Of a DNA stretch of 64,000 nt, positions 44,156-54,700 are shown piece by piece; within the stretch, counting starts at the first letter, position 1, and the number at the start of each line of letters is the position of its first letter. Source of the DNA: Schizochytrium sp. TIO01. Taxonomy: Eukaryota; Protista; Bigyra: Labyrinthulomycetes. A model generated the notes under the pieces. That model had not been told where the DNA came from, searched no databases, and was given only the letters and a program-made list of their open reading frames with translations. The translations under genes and the position numbers were made by a program. The stretch is taken from positions 8,154,483 through 8,218,482 of the forward strand of contig SMSO01000032.1 in NCBI GenBank assembly GCA_004764695.1. Direction: 5' to 3'.

Positions 44156-47100
44156 ATGCAGGACGGAGGAATGGGTCAATATGAAAAGCCAAATCACACT
44201 GATAAAGGCCCAAAACAGAATGATGATGCCGACAATGACCTTGCAAATATTGATTATGATGTTGAGTTAGGTGACGTAGATTACGACGAGGATGCCATGT
44301 CACGCTCTTCGTCAGTTGTGTCAACAACCAGCTCAGCTCGCCGAAGACGCAGAAGCAGCAGTGGGAGCAGTATGCACAGCGTTGTTGAGGTGCCAATAGT
44401 TGATGAACTTTTTGAGAGCACAACTGTACTTCGGGAAAATGCTCGCCTTGCAGAAATCACTCGTGCTCAATCAGGAGGTTTTGTAGGTGCCAATGGGTTT
44501 TCAGATTCACAGCCTTTGGCAAACGACAAACAATTACAAGGTCTCGCACCACAGGGTGGAGATCATGAGGCCTTGACAAAAGTTGGGCATTCTATTGCAG
44601 AACATGACGGTAACGGTGATATAGGTGGCGATGCACAAGAGGGAGAAGTAGCTAGCGAGTCCACCGGGAATGACTCGCGACGGGGTGGTTTTTTTATGCT
44701 GCAATCTCGCCTCGCAGCTCTCTTTGTAAATCCTTATGTAGAAATGACAATGGCGGTAACGAGTCTCATGTACATGTGTTTGGTCTATGTCCAGGTTTCT
44801 CTAGCACTTCCTGGTGCCATAGATGATCTCAATATCTGGCGTGGATTTTCACTTGCAAGTATTGTTCTTCTTTGTGTATTCTCAACCGATGTAATTTTGC
44901 GCATGTTTGTGTTTGGCCGTTCGTACTGGGCTACTCTTGCAAATTGCATCGAGTTCGCCATTGTTATGGCTGCTCTCGCACTCGAAGCCGTTGTGTATGT
45001 GCGTATCTCTAGGGCAACGGAATCTGACCGTCCTGGCGTTAATGCAGTGACTATCATCAATAGTCTTCTGAAGCTCCTTTTATTTTTGTTCCGATACCGT
45101 CGCTTTGAATACGTATTCTCCTTCAAGTATATTCAAGAGCAAGCTCGCCTATCCAGTGCCCATGATGGACTTACGGCCTCGGATCGTTTGTTAGACCTTC
45201 TCCGAAGTTTTCGTCATAAATATCCTTTGACTACCCGCGAGGCACAAGAGATTACTTGGGTGAGTTTCTTAATTGCTTCGAGAAGACTGTACAGCAGCGC
45301 AGCTGTACCCTCAACAGAAGATCACCAAACCGAAAAGCTCTTCGAAGGTCTTGATGAAGATACCACAAATTGGTTATTAGCAACTTATTCTCGTGTACAA
45401 TTACAACAAGATGATAATCGTGCAGCCCTGGGCTCACCAGAGCTCACACCCTCTGGTTCCTCAAGGCTTAGTGATCTTGGTGAGAGTGAAAGTGAATTAA
45501 TGCCAACGTTTTCCCTGAATGATGGTGGAGAGCATGGAGATGATCCTGAGTATATGACATCTCTTCCCAGAGACGAACCAGACTCAGAAAGGGAAGCCCA
45601 TTTGCACCAAGACTCGCTTGATGCGGCGCCGGCCCTTAGTTCTGCTCATACAGCTATCCCTCCTAGTTCACCACGGGGACCATCTGCAGTGTTGAAAGAT
45701 AATAGCAGCCATGCTGGAAATCTCAACAGGGCAAGTCATACAGACACTGAGCTGGTCCTTCCTGTGTTGCCTACTGTAGACTCCGCAAAGAGTGTTTTGG
45801 GTGCTGCATCGACACGGACAGAAGGTAGCTCCGAGCATCCGGAGGAGATGAAGTCACCATTACTACTTCCAAGTGAGGCTGGAAAGAATCATTACCCACC
45901 TGCATCTGATCTTGGTCGGCATATTTCTGGTGGCTCTGTTGGTGTTCAAGCTCGCGATTTGTCACAATTTATTGAGGCTTTACATCGGGAAACATACTCA
46001 CCAGCGGGTACCCAGACACGAGTTCTTGGCGCATCTACAGCTCCAATGCGTGTGCAAGATCTGGTAGGCCGCAAGTTCCCACCAGCGAAAAGCTATACTG
46101 ATCTTCGAGAGATCGGCTCGGATATGGACCCCAATGTGCCTTTGTCTCCAGTTCAATCCCGGACTATGGCAATTAATAGTAGACGGGTTGTCGCAGGGGA
46201 TACTGAGGAGCTTTCAACTTTTCATGATCGACAAGTGAGTGGCGAGATGAGTGACTCTGTGACATCAAGATCAGCAAATATTGCTACCCAGAGACCCGAA
46301 GCGAAATCATTCGAAGACGACGAAGGTTTATCACCAACTACACCTCGGAAGCGGTCTCAATTAAATGTATGCACTACCATGTCCAAGTTTGAAGAATGTG
46401 ATGAGGATGACGATCATAACTCACGGGTCAATGACCATGGTGAAGGCCAAGAACGGCCGATAGAAACTCTTACTTCGCGTGGGGCACAACGTTTGGATGA
46501 AATCAGTCCTCATGAACATGGGGTTGTTCAGGTGGACCAGGCTGACGATGATGACGATAATGATTCTGTAATCAGTACACATGAGAATATAGTTGAGAGT
46601 ACTGATCGAGCCGGTGTTGCTAGCCATGCTAGAAATTCTAATGATATTGGAGAAGATGATCTTCCTTCCCCACCTGCACCACCCTTGGTGTTATCAGATC
46701 ATGCAAGGGATGCGGATGATATCACAGGAGGTGGAGATGAAGACGAATGTGCCAGGGGCTTGGCCGAAAGTGACTTCACTGATGAACTTATGCCTCATCA
46801 AATAGAATCCCCTGGATTAAGGGCAATGCCTCCAGTTCTGCAAACTCTCACTGCTCATAGTCGCAGCTCAAGCACAAGCGTTCCAGGCCAGCGGCGTTAT
46901 TCGCAACGAAAACACTTTACTGATGCAGTGCATAGTAGTCGCGCAGCAGCGAACGTGACGTGGTTTGATACCCCTAATGGAACAGGAGTACACCATCAGC
47001 GTACATACACGACTGGAGATGGGCCCAATAATATTGCGCAGAACAGCTTTATGGAAAACCCTCATCGTGACACTCCTGCTCACCAAATGGAGCTAGTAGA

Positions 47101-48790
47101 TGCTGACGGAGTGGATAGGCTCAAACTTCTGGCAGGAGAGCTGAACAAATTGAAGGCTCTTCGTTGGACACAGAGTGGGATTGATCATATCAATGATACT
47201 ATGGATGAATGGGACTTTGATGTCTTTGAAGCTGATGCCTTCTCAGCAGGCCGACCTCTTTCTTTGGTGTTTTTAGGAGCACTTCGCAAGAACCGCATCT
47301 TTGAGCAATTTCGTGGTTTGCGGTACAGCACAATTGTTTCAATGATCAGCCATGTAGAAAATGGCTACCGGGTGACAAACTCTTATCATAACAGGATCCA
47401 TGCCGCAGATGTTGTACAAACAACCCACTACTTTATGACCCACACACTTTTGCGAAACGCAATCACGACACAGGACATTTTTTGTGCTCTTGTTGCATCA
47501 GCAATTCATGATTTTCAACATCCAGGCATGAATAATGCATTCTTAATTGCTACTGGTGATAAATTGGCCTTGCGTTATAATGATCGAGCTGTACTCGAAC
47601 ACATGCATGTCGCTGCTGCCTTCGAGATGATGCGGACTAAACGATGTGATGTCTTGAAGGCAGTTGGCTCAACTGATCGTTATTTGGAAGCTCGAGAGAC
47701 AGTTATCCAAATGGTTCTAGCAACTGATATGAGCCACCATTTCGACGGACTGGAACAGTTCAAAACGGAGGTGGTAGGTTACTTTGACCGACTTCGCCAG
47801 AAGCGGCGCAAGGGCCATAATAACACTGTTACTGGCTCGAGTCTAGACTCCATGCTCTCTGGGGATGCAAACATGGACTCTGAAATTGGAACGGGGATAA
47901 CCTCGCCAGATACTAATGGCGGAGGCGATGACAATGCTAGTCACTCTGGAGATGTCACAGACCATGTCGCCCCAATCGAGGTACGCCGTACATTGCTGAA
48001 AACAACTCTCCATTGTGCAGATGTATCAAACCCTGCCAAAAACCCACGCCTTTGCCAACGCTGGGCAATGCTTGTTCAAGAAGAGTTTTTCCGCCAAGGT
48101 GATCGGGAGCGCGATGCGGGACTCAAGATCAGTACATTCATGGACCGTCGTAAGCCTGCATTTCCAAAATCTCAGATCGGCTTCATTACCATTATTGTTC
48201 GTCCCCTGTTCAATTCGTACTGTCAATTTCTTTCGACTTTAAAGCCCCAGGTGGATTGGTGTCTGTCTGCAAATCTGTCACATTGGGAGCAACGCCAAGC
48301 TGACGAAGAGCAAGGCTTGGTGGGGCCTGGTCTTGGAGGCTACGCGCATCATGGAATGATTTCGACTACAACATCACCAGGTCTAGGTCCAATTTCTCCC
48401 TCCTTTGGCCCTCTTAATAGTAGTAGTAGTATTACTGGAGGTCAGCATAGTGGTACCATACATGGAAGTTCAGGCATGCAGCAACGTCGCAAGTCTTTTC
48501 GTTACGTTTCAAGTCGCATTAAATCTTCTCTCACACGATCGCAGAGCAGTGCAGTAAGTGGGGATGTTTTGCAGAAACAACAGCGTCGACTTGGGAAAAA
48601 TGGCTTAAAGCTTGACCTCGACATGCTTGTTTCTCCCACCTCACCAGATACCCAGCACCCATCAACCGCATCAACGTTTTCTCCAACAACACCAAACGCT
48701 CGTCCAGTGAGCTCTCCAGCTCACGCCGCCTTGAAACGTGCAGCAACCGATGCGGCACTTAACGTAGGCAATCCTCGATTTCTGTCATAA
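44156..48790 (+). CDS. Class I 3',5'-cyclic-nucleotide phosphodiesterase with an N-terminal 4-TM voltage-sensor-like domain
   Basis: The catalytic domain (~47180-48300) has all class I motifs: WDFDVF, YHNRIHAADVVQ, AIHDFQHPGMNN, RYNDRAVLEHMH, LATDMSHHF, LHCADVSNP, EEFFRQGD.E and SQIGFI. Four hydrophobic helices lie at ~44729-45112. First ATG is 44156; the frame is open from 44084, so the true 5' end is uncertain. Confidence 0.92.
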   Translation: MQDGGMGQYEKPNHTDKGPKQNDDADNDLANIDYDVELGDVDYDEDAMSRSSSVVSTTSSARRRRRSSSGSSMHSVVEVPIVDELFESTTVLRENARLAEITRAQSGGFVGANGFSDSQPLANDKQLQGLAPQGGDHEALTKVGHSIAEHDGNGDIGGDAQEGEVASESTGNDSRRGGFFMLQSRLAALFVNPYVEMTMAVTSLMYMCLVYVQVSLALPGAIDDLNIWRGFSLASIVLLCVFSTDVILRMFVFGRSYWATLANCIEFAIVMAALALEAVVYVRISRATESDRPGVNAVTIINSLLKLLLFLFRYRRFEYVFSFKYIQEQARLSSAHDGLTASDRLLDLLRSFRHKYPLTTREAQEITWVSFLIASRRLYSSAAVPSTEDHQTEKLFEGLDEDTTNWLLATYSRVQLQQDDNRAALGSPELTPSGSSRLSDLGESESELMPTFSLNDGGEHGDDPEYMTSLPRDEPDSEREAHLHQDSLDAAPALSSAHTAIPPSSPRGPSAVLKDNSSHAGNLNRASHTDTELVLPVLPTVDSAKSVLGAASTRTEGSSEHPEEMKSPLLLPSEAGKNHYPPASDLGRHISGGSVGVQARDLSQFIEALHRETYSPAGTQTRVLGASTAPMRVQDLVGRKFPPAKSYTDLREIGSDMDPNVPLSPVQSRTMAINSRRVVAGDTEELSTFHDRQVSGEMSDSVTSRSANIATQRPEAKSFEDDEGLSPTTPRKRSQLNVCTTMSKFEECDEDDDHNSRVNDHGEGQERPIETLTSRGAQRLDEISPHEHGVVQVDQADDDDDNDSVISTHENIVESTDRAGVASHARNSNDIGEDDLPSPPAPPLVLSDHARDADDITGGGDEDECARGLAESDFTDELMPHQIESPGLRAMPPVLQTLTAHSRSSSTSVPGQRRYSQRKHFTDAVHSSRAAANVTWFDTPNGTGVHHQRTYTTGDGPNNIAQNSFMENPHRDTPAHQMELVDADGVDRLKLLAGELNKLKALRWTQSGIDHINDTMDEWDFDVFEADAFSAGRPLSLVFLGALRKNRIFEQFRGLRYSTIVSMISHVENGYRVTNSYHNRIHAADVVQTTHYFMTHTLLRNAITTQDIFCALVASAIHDFQHPGMNNAFLIATGDKLALRYNDRAVLEHMHVAAAFEMMRTKRCDVLKAVGSTDRYLEARETVIQMVLATDMSHHFDGLEQFKTEVVGYFDRLRQKRRKGHNNTVTGSSLDSMLSGDANMDSEIGTGITSPDTNGGGDDNASHSGDVTDHVAPIEVRRTLLKTTLHCADVSNPAKNPRLCQRWAMLVQEEFFRQGDRERDAGLKISTFMDRRKPAFPKSQIGFITIIVRPLFNSYCQFLSTLKPQVDWCLSANLSHWEQRQADEEQGLVGPGLGGYAHHGMISTTTSPGLGPISPSFGPLNSSSSITGGQHSGTIHGSSGMQQRRKSFRYVSSRIKSSLTRSQSSAVSGDVLQKQQRRLGKNGLKLDLDMLVSPTSPDTQHPSTASTFSPTTPNARPVSSPAHAALKRAATDAALNVGNPRFLS

Positions 48791-51700
48791 GACTCCCCGC
48801 TTCCTTTTAATGTCAAGAATAATTTTGTAAGTTGTATAGTAATAAAAAGCGCATTTTCGACGTTCTTTTCTTTTTCGTGTTTTATAATTTTTGTTCTCAG
48901 ATGTTCTATCGCTGCATGTCAAGATAGCTTGTTCTCTAGTTTCGTTACTTAACATTTTATAAGAATTATACAATCTTACACATTATAGTATTCAACTAAA
49001 TGAGCAAGCAGTCTTTGGAGTACAGACAACATCTTGCAACTTTTCATCAATAGACTTTGTCATGATTGCTCATATTTAATGGGTAACGTGAAGTCCAACT
49101 AACATCCATACGCTACGACAGATGATACAAAATAAAAAACTTGATCTTCATGTATTCTTTTGCATGATTGAAATGAAACGAACAGTGTATCTTAGAGGTT
49201 CGGGGAATTCTGTATGGTATACTACACTCGCAGTTATGTGTTTTAAAGAAAATTCATTAGAAAAGAAGCACGTGTTTCAATATTTACTTTGATTGTCCTT
49301 TTGTTTTACAGGAAGCTAATGAAACGTATTCACTTTGTTATTGTGGGGGGAATAATTATTTTCAAGGAGCAGTGTTGGACGATGCCTTTTCATTTCTAAA
49401 TATATTAGAAGTTCAAATTACTACATATATATACAAGTAAAAACAGAAAGAGTAAAAATAATGTTGATTTAAATTGTGCGCTCCATTGAGGTGCCTAAAA
49501 ACTACATTTTTGCAACTGCCTTGGTATAAGTCTAGCTTGAAAGAAGTTCAAAAATTTAAATGAAGTGCAAATCAACTTAACAGGAACCTTTGTGAAATCA
49601 TTGCTGAATGATAAAGTAAACCTCTCAGTTGCATGTCATTAAAAATAAACAATTCACGAAGGTTCTCTATATTTAGAATGGGTGCAGAATACTGCGCTTT
49701 AAACAATGTATTTCAGAGTTATCAGCAGACTATCCGAGAATAATAATGTGAATATTATGTAGAATATTCCGGGACTGATGTAAAGCATCCACATCGAAGT
49801 TGGTCTACATTAGCAATGTAGTAACTGTACATTTAAAAAAAGCAATATGCCTTTAAATCAAAAGCAATCGAAAGCTGTCAAGTATGCATTCGGTAAATGC
49901 TCTCGTATGATATGAAACAATTATGACGGTGTGCTCCAGCTGTTAAATGCACTAAGGCATCACTACCATTCAAATCACTTTAATAGAGAATTGAATATTC
50001 TTCGAGAGGGAATAAGTACCGCAAATACCCCTCTTTATATTTCTTTATTTGTTAGCAAACATTTCACGAAGTTTTTAGAAATCAATCACTTGCACAAATT
50101 GGCTGAGTCGGCATATGAAAATTCTTCTGTGACGTTTTCAAAAGAGCAAAACAAGGTGAACGCTCGTACTAAACATGTTTCTTTTGCATTTTTTACATTT
50201 TATTTTATTTACCGAAATGTGTAGTCAGTTGAGTAAAGTTCGTTTGGGAACTCTCAACCTTTCCCTGTATTAATACGAGAAACGATAGTTTATTCTTTAA
50301 ACTCTAAAACTAAAAAAAATAAATATTGGATTGACTTTTAATGGTAGACCAACAGTAAAACAAGATGTTTGAACATGCGGTCAGAGGAAGGAGCCAGATC
50401 TGCAGATCATATATTCAATCAACAACTTATGTATTAGAAGCTTGAGTGATAGGTTAACCTATGTTGTTACACAGCAAATATAAGAAAATAACAAAACAAG
50501 AGCTACCACATTTTGAGCCAAAATTGAACTGCCCTTTGGACTAGCTACATAAAAATGATCCAGCATTTTGAGATATATAGCTGTATGAAAACTTCTTCAA
50601 CTACTCTCTCAGCTAGTATTTTATGTAATCTGCAAAGCACTAGATGGAAATTGTTGTAAGGTATTTAGAGTTGGCGAGGATAGTTGACACCTTACCAAGA
50701 ACTATATGAGATTGTTTGGTAGAGAATACTCACCTTAAATTCAGTCCTTGTTCTTTCTGCCCTAAACATAACCAACAAAGCAGGCTTTTAGTACTACCTA
50801 CCTGAGGTTAACTTCAATGCTAATAGGTCGAATAGAAAACTATCAAAGGCCTGCAGGGTCGTACTAAAATATTAATCAGGAATAATTTTACCAACGTTGG
50901 GAAGTTAGTAAGCCAACAATTCTGAGAAGATAAGCTAGATAAACGAAACGATAAAATCAGGCTTGAGAATATGTAGTCGCTGTCGTTTGAGGAAATACAA
51001 TACCTAGGTAGTGGACGTTTCTTGTAAATCTGAATAGGGCTTCATCATTTCCGAAGCAGAGCTGCTTGTCCCTTCTTTTCTTGGCTCAGAACAGAGGGAG
51101 CTTTTTTGTAGACTATACAAGTACTAACAAATCGAAGTACTTGGTTCTGGAGATTACCTTCGAAAGAAAGCCCTGTAAGTCTTAATCCAAATTATAATAT
51201 TTTTACTAAATTCTAAAAAAGTTACTCCTTCCTAGTATGCCTCGAGCCATAGACTGTTTTATGCCTTGTGTCTTATTGGTTATTGAAAAATAAATGCTCT
51301 TTTGATTAGGTTATTCGTGTTTAGTTGATCCTTGCTTACTGGGACATACGGGTGTCATAGCAGCACTGTGCAGTTTTGTTTTGACGAGGAAGCTGATAAC
51401 ACTACTAGGATGCCTTCCTGCTTGCTATGATAAACTTGTCGATGTTCTTCTTCCAGCTTGAAGGTTGAATTGTCCTTGGAATCCACGTAACTTGGGCGTC
51501 GTAGAGAATCGCTAGACGTGATGCCAAAGCAAAAAGGACGGAAATCAAACTACAATAAAATGCTGCTGCCTGCTTTTTGGACCACGTGTAGAAGAAGTGC
51601 TTCGTGAGTTGCATCGTCATCTAGTGCTTTCCTCTAACTGCTTAAAACATTTCGCGAATTTGATGGTACTAACTATTTAAGTGGCCTTGTAATGATTTCA

Positions 51701-54700
51701 GTTTGCGCAGATCCTCGGATGCGGTCCACGCACGAGCCTAGTTGCTCCGACTATGTTCCTATGCTATAATTAACCCTAGTACGTACTGGAGGTGCGAGAT
51801 TATTGTTCATCCAGTGTAAAAGAGGAAATGTCAAGTTGGTTACATCTGCAAGAATTACGAGGCTCAACCTCCGAGTCTGTCAGCCACTCCGACTATATTT
51901 ATCCCATCTTCTACACGTGATATGACTTGGCCATTCGGGCGATTGCCTTTAAAAACAGGGATCGATGACATTCTCTGGTATCATCATTTGGCTTCCTTTT
52001 TTAACCATTGCATTTCTTTTTCCCTATCTATTTTATAATTCATTTTAAAAATTATTTTTTGGCAACTGTTTAGTAATTATTGCTTTATATATGAGTATTG
52101 AAAAAGTAAAAGTAGAGTTAAAGAAAAAGAAAAAGTAAGAAGAAACGATATTATTCTATTTATTTATTTTACCTTAGAAGAAAGAGAAACATTTGTTACG
52201 ATTTGTTATAACAACGTCATAATCCACTCCACTCCACTACCCTTTTCTTTTTCCTTCTAAAAGCCACATTAATTAGTTCTAGTAGGCATGTGTTAGTTTT
52301 AAAACTTCACTCATTTTTAAAATGATATTATTATTTAAGCGTTAAAAAGAAAAATGTTGATGAGTTAATTAAAATATACCTATATTAAAAAACAATACTT
52401 CCAAATTAAAACTAATAAAGACGTTTAAATTTTATTTTTAATGATTTGGAAAGTTACAGAGAATACTTCTTGTTATCAGAGGATCCTCGTGAAGGCTTGC
52501 GACACATCGTCTGCAATTGGTAGTAAGATAACTTTAGGTTCCAGTAGACAAAATTAAATGATACCAGCACTGTATTTCGAAGAGGTAAAATCAAAACTCG
52601 AGCAACTGAGCAACTAAAATGCGTTTTCTGAGTCACCAATCTGGCGCACCTAGCAACATGATTTAATCAAATCACAATATAGGTCATAACGAATTTTGTA
52701 TGCATAAAAATTGGATCTATATGAAAAAGCAAAATTTTAGTCTCGATTTTTCTTTTTAATGCAGTGATTGTACCCTCGTGTCGGCGAACTGGAATTTGAA
52801 TTGCCGGAAGTGGTTTCATGAACATTTTGTCCTTCAAGGTACGTCGAATGAAATGTCAGTCAATCAACTGCAAGAATCGAAAATGAAACTATCTGATTAA
52901 GCTGAACTTATGGAATATAATGAATTAGCTTCAGTCATCTGAAAGCTATCTCTTACAGTTGCAAATTTATTAGATTCTGTTCTGTAATACACATCGAAAC
53001 ATGTAGATCAGACATTGTAGAATTGTTAAGAAAGTCTGAGAAAGCTTAATTTATGCAAAAAGGTGTTTCCATTTGGATAATACATTTTGTAATTCAGGGA
53101 TTTTTTTAATTGCTTGACCAGGTACGGCCGCTTCGAAACTTCGTCAGAATTTGGAACACGGCATAGAAGAAACTATTCCATATGCGACATTTGTCAGCAG
53201 TCTTGTTCTGAAAGAATGTGCATTCTCCATATTGAACTTAATTTGCATGCTAAAATATTAGCCTTATATAGAGACTTGCATATCGTTCATCAGACAAATT
53301 GAGTGATGTGAAAACCTATAAAGTCAAGAAGTTAGAATTCAAAGCGCGCCCATGAAACTTCTCCTTCTTCATATCATTGCCACTAGGCTCAGGTTTGATC
53401 AGGGAAATTTCGTAGATCTACTCAAAGAGATGAGGCATAGTACCTTCTACATTTCCCTTAAGGAGAGTGTGGACAGCACAGCTCATCTCGCTTACTTGCT
53501 CAGATGATTGTATTCTTCAAGATACGGGAAATCAAAAGCTTAGCAATTTATATTAGGCGTTAGGCAGGTCTCATAGAAGTATTAGCACTGGCACCTACTA
53601 TTTATCAGGGAATATTAATAGTGCTTGTTCAGATTTCAAGGCGAGGAGCCACTAGATAGTATTGCGTGAGTATATTCGAAGCTGCATTTTCCGGAAATCT
53701 CGCATTCGAAAACTTCTTGTGCACATGTCTAAACTAATGCGGAGAAAAGAAATCCATCTGGTTAGTGCAACTTCCTGCAGATTTCGCAATCAACGTGTCT
53801 AATTACAGTCGTGTTGTCATTTGTGTAGTTGGTGGTGGTGGGAGGGTAGCTTTTTCTGAGTTCTCTATCTCAAAGAGTCTTTGAGAAATGCTGAGAGCAA
53901 TATTTATGTTTGAACGCGGCGTAAAGTGAGCGAACCAGCTTGCAGACACGACACGTCCTTTTGATAATTTATGCCATCAAGATGTGTTCATCCCCATGCT
54001 CGATTTTCGATTGAAAAAAAGCTGCAAAATGCATCCAGTACTGTTGTTTCAAATTTTCTGGTCAATAACCAGGTAGTTTTTGCGGGCCTAGTATGCCCAA
54101 AACGTTATGAAGCACGAATACATACGTGTCAGAAGTTGTGGAAGATGAGGAGATATTGTATTCACGCAAGCAGAACGCTGGAGGGTCACTTCTATTTATA
54201 ACGTACGAAAAGGTAACTAGTTCTGGAAGCAAATTTCATGGCTTGGGATACGACATAAAACATTAGATAAATTTTGCATCGACTTCGCACAAGAGTACCA
54301 AAAAGGGATATATAGGTACATGCATGACTATACAATTGGGTTATTTCCCTGCTTGGTTATATTGTCAAAGACAGCATAATCCTGTTGAAGAAGAACAAAT
54401 CCAAGCCTCTGAAATTGCCAATAGAGAAGAGCGGCGCGAACTCCGCCAACGCAACTGTTTTACTGGAAATATACATATGGATCTACAAATAATTCATAAC
54501 ATTCTATTATACAAAAAGTAATCGCAATACAAGAGAACCACATCATTCGTGCTCTCAGCGATTGTACAATTCAGAGCGCAAAGTAAAGTAGGGTCAACTT
54601 ATATATTTTGTGAAATAAGTAAATACTTTGCTTAAGTTGGCCGGTTCAAAAGCTACCAGCTTAACATATCTATATTGACAAGACTACTTCTTAGTGCAGC

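Noticed and set aside
44729-45112. Interpretation as an Hv1 proton channel or as a fragment of a full ion channel
   Set aside because: There is no S1 selectivity Asp, no RxWRxxR in S4, and no pore helices or selectivity filter downstream.
3170-48758. Numerous 60-200 aa ORFs overlapping the long genes in other frames or strands
   Set aside because: Shadow ORFs of real coding sequences with no independent motifs.
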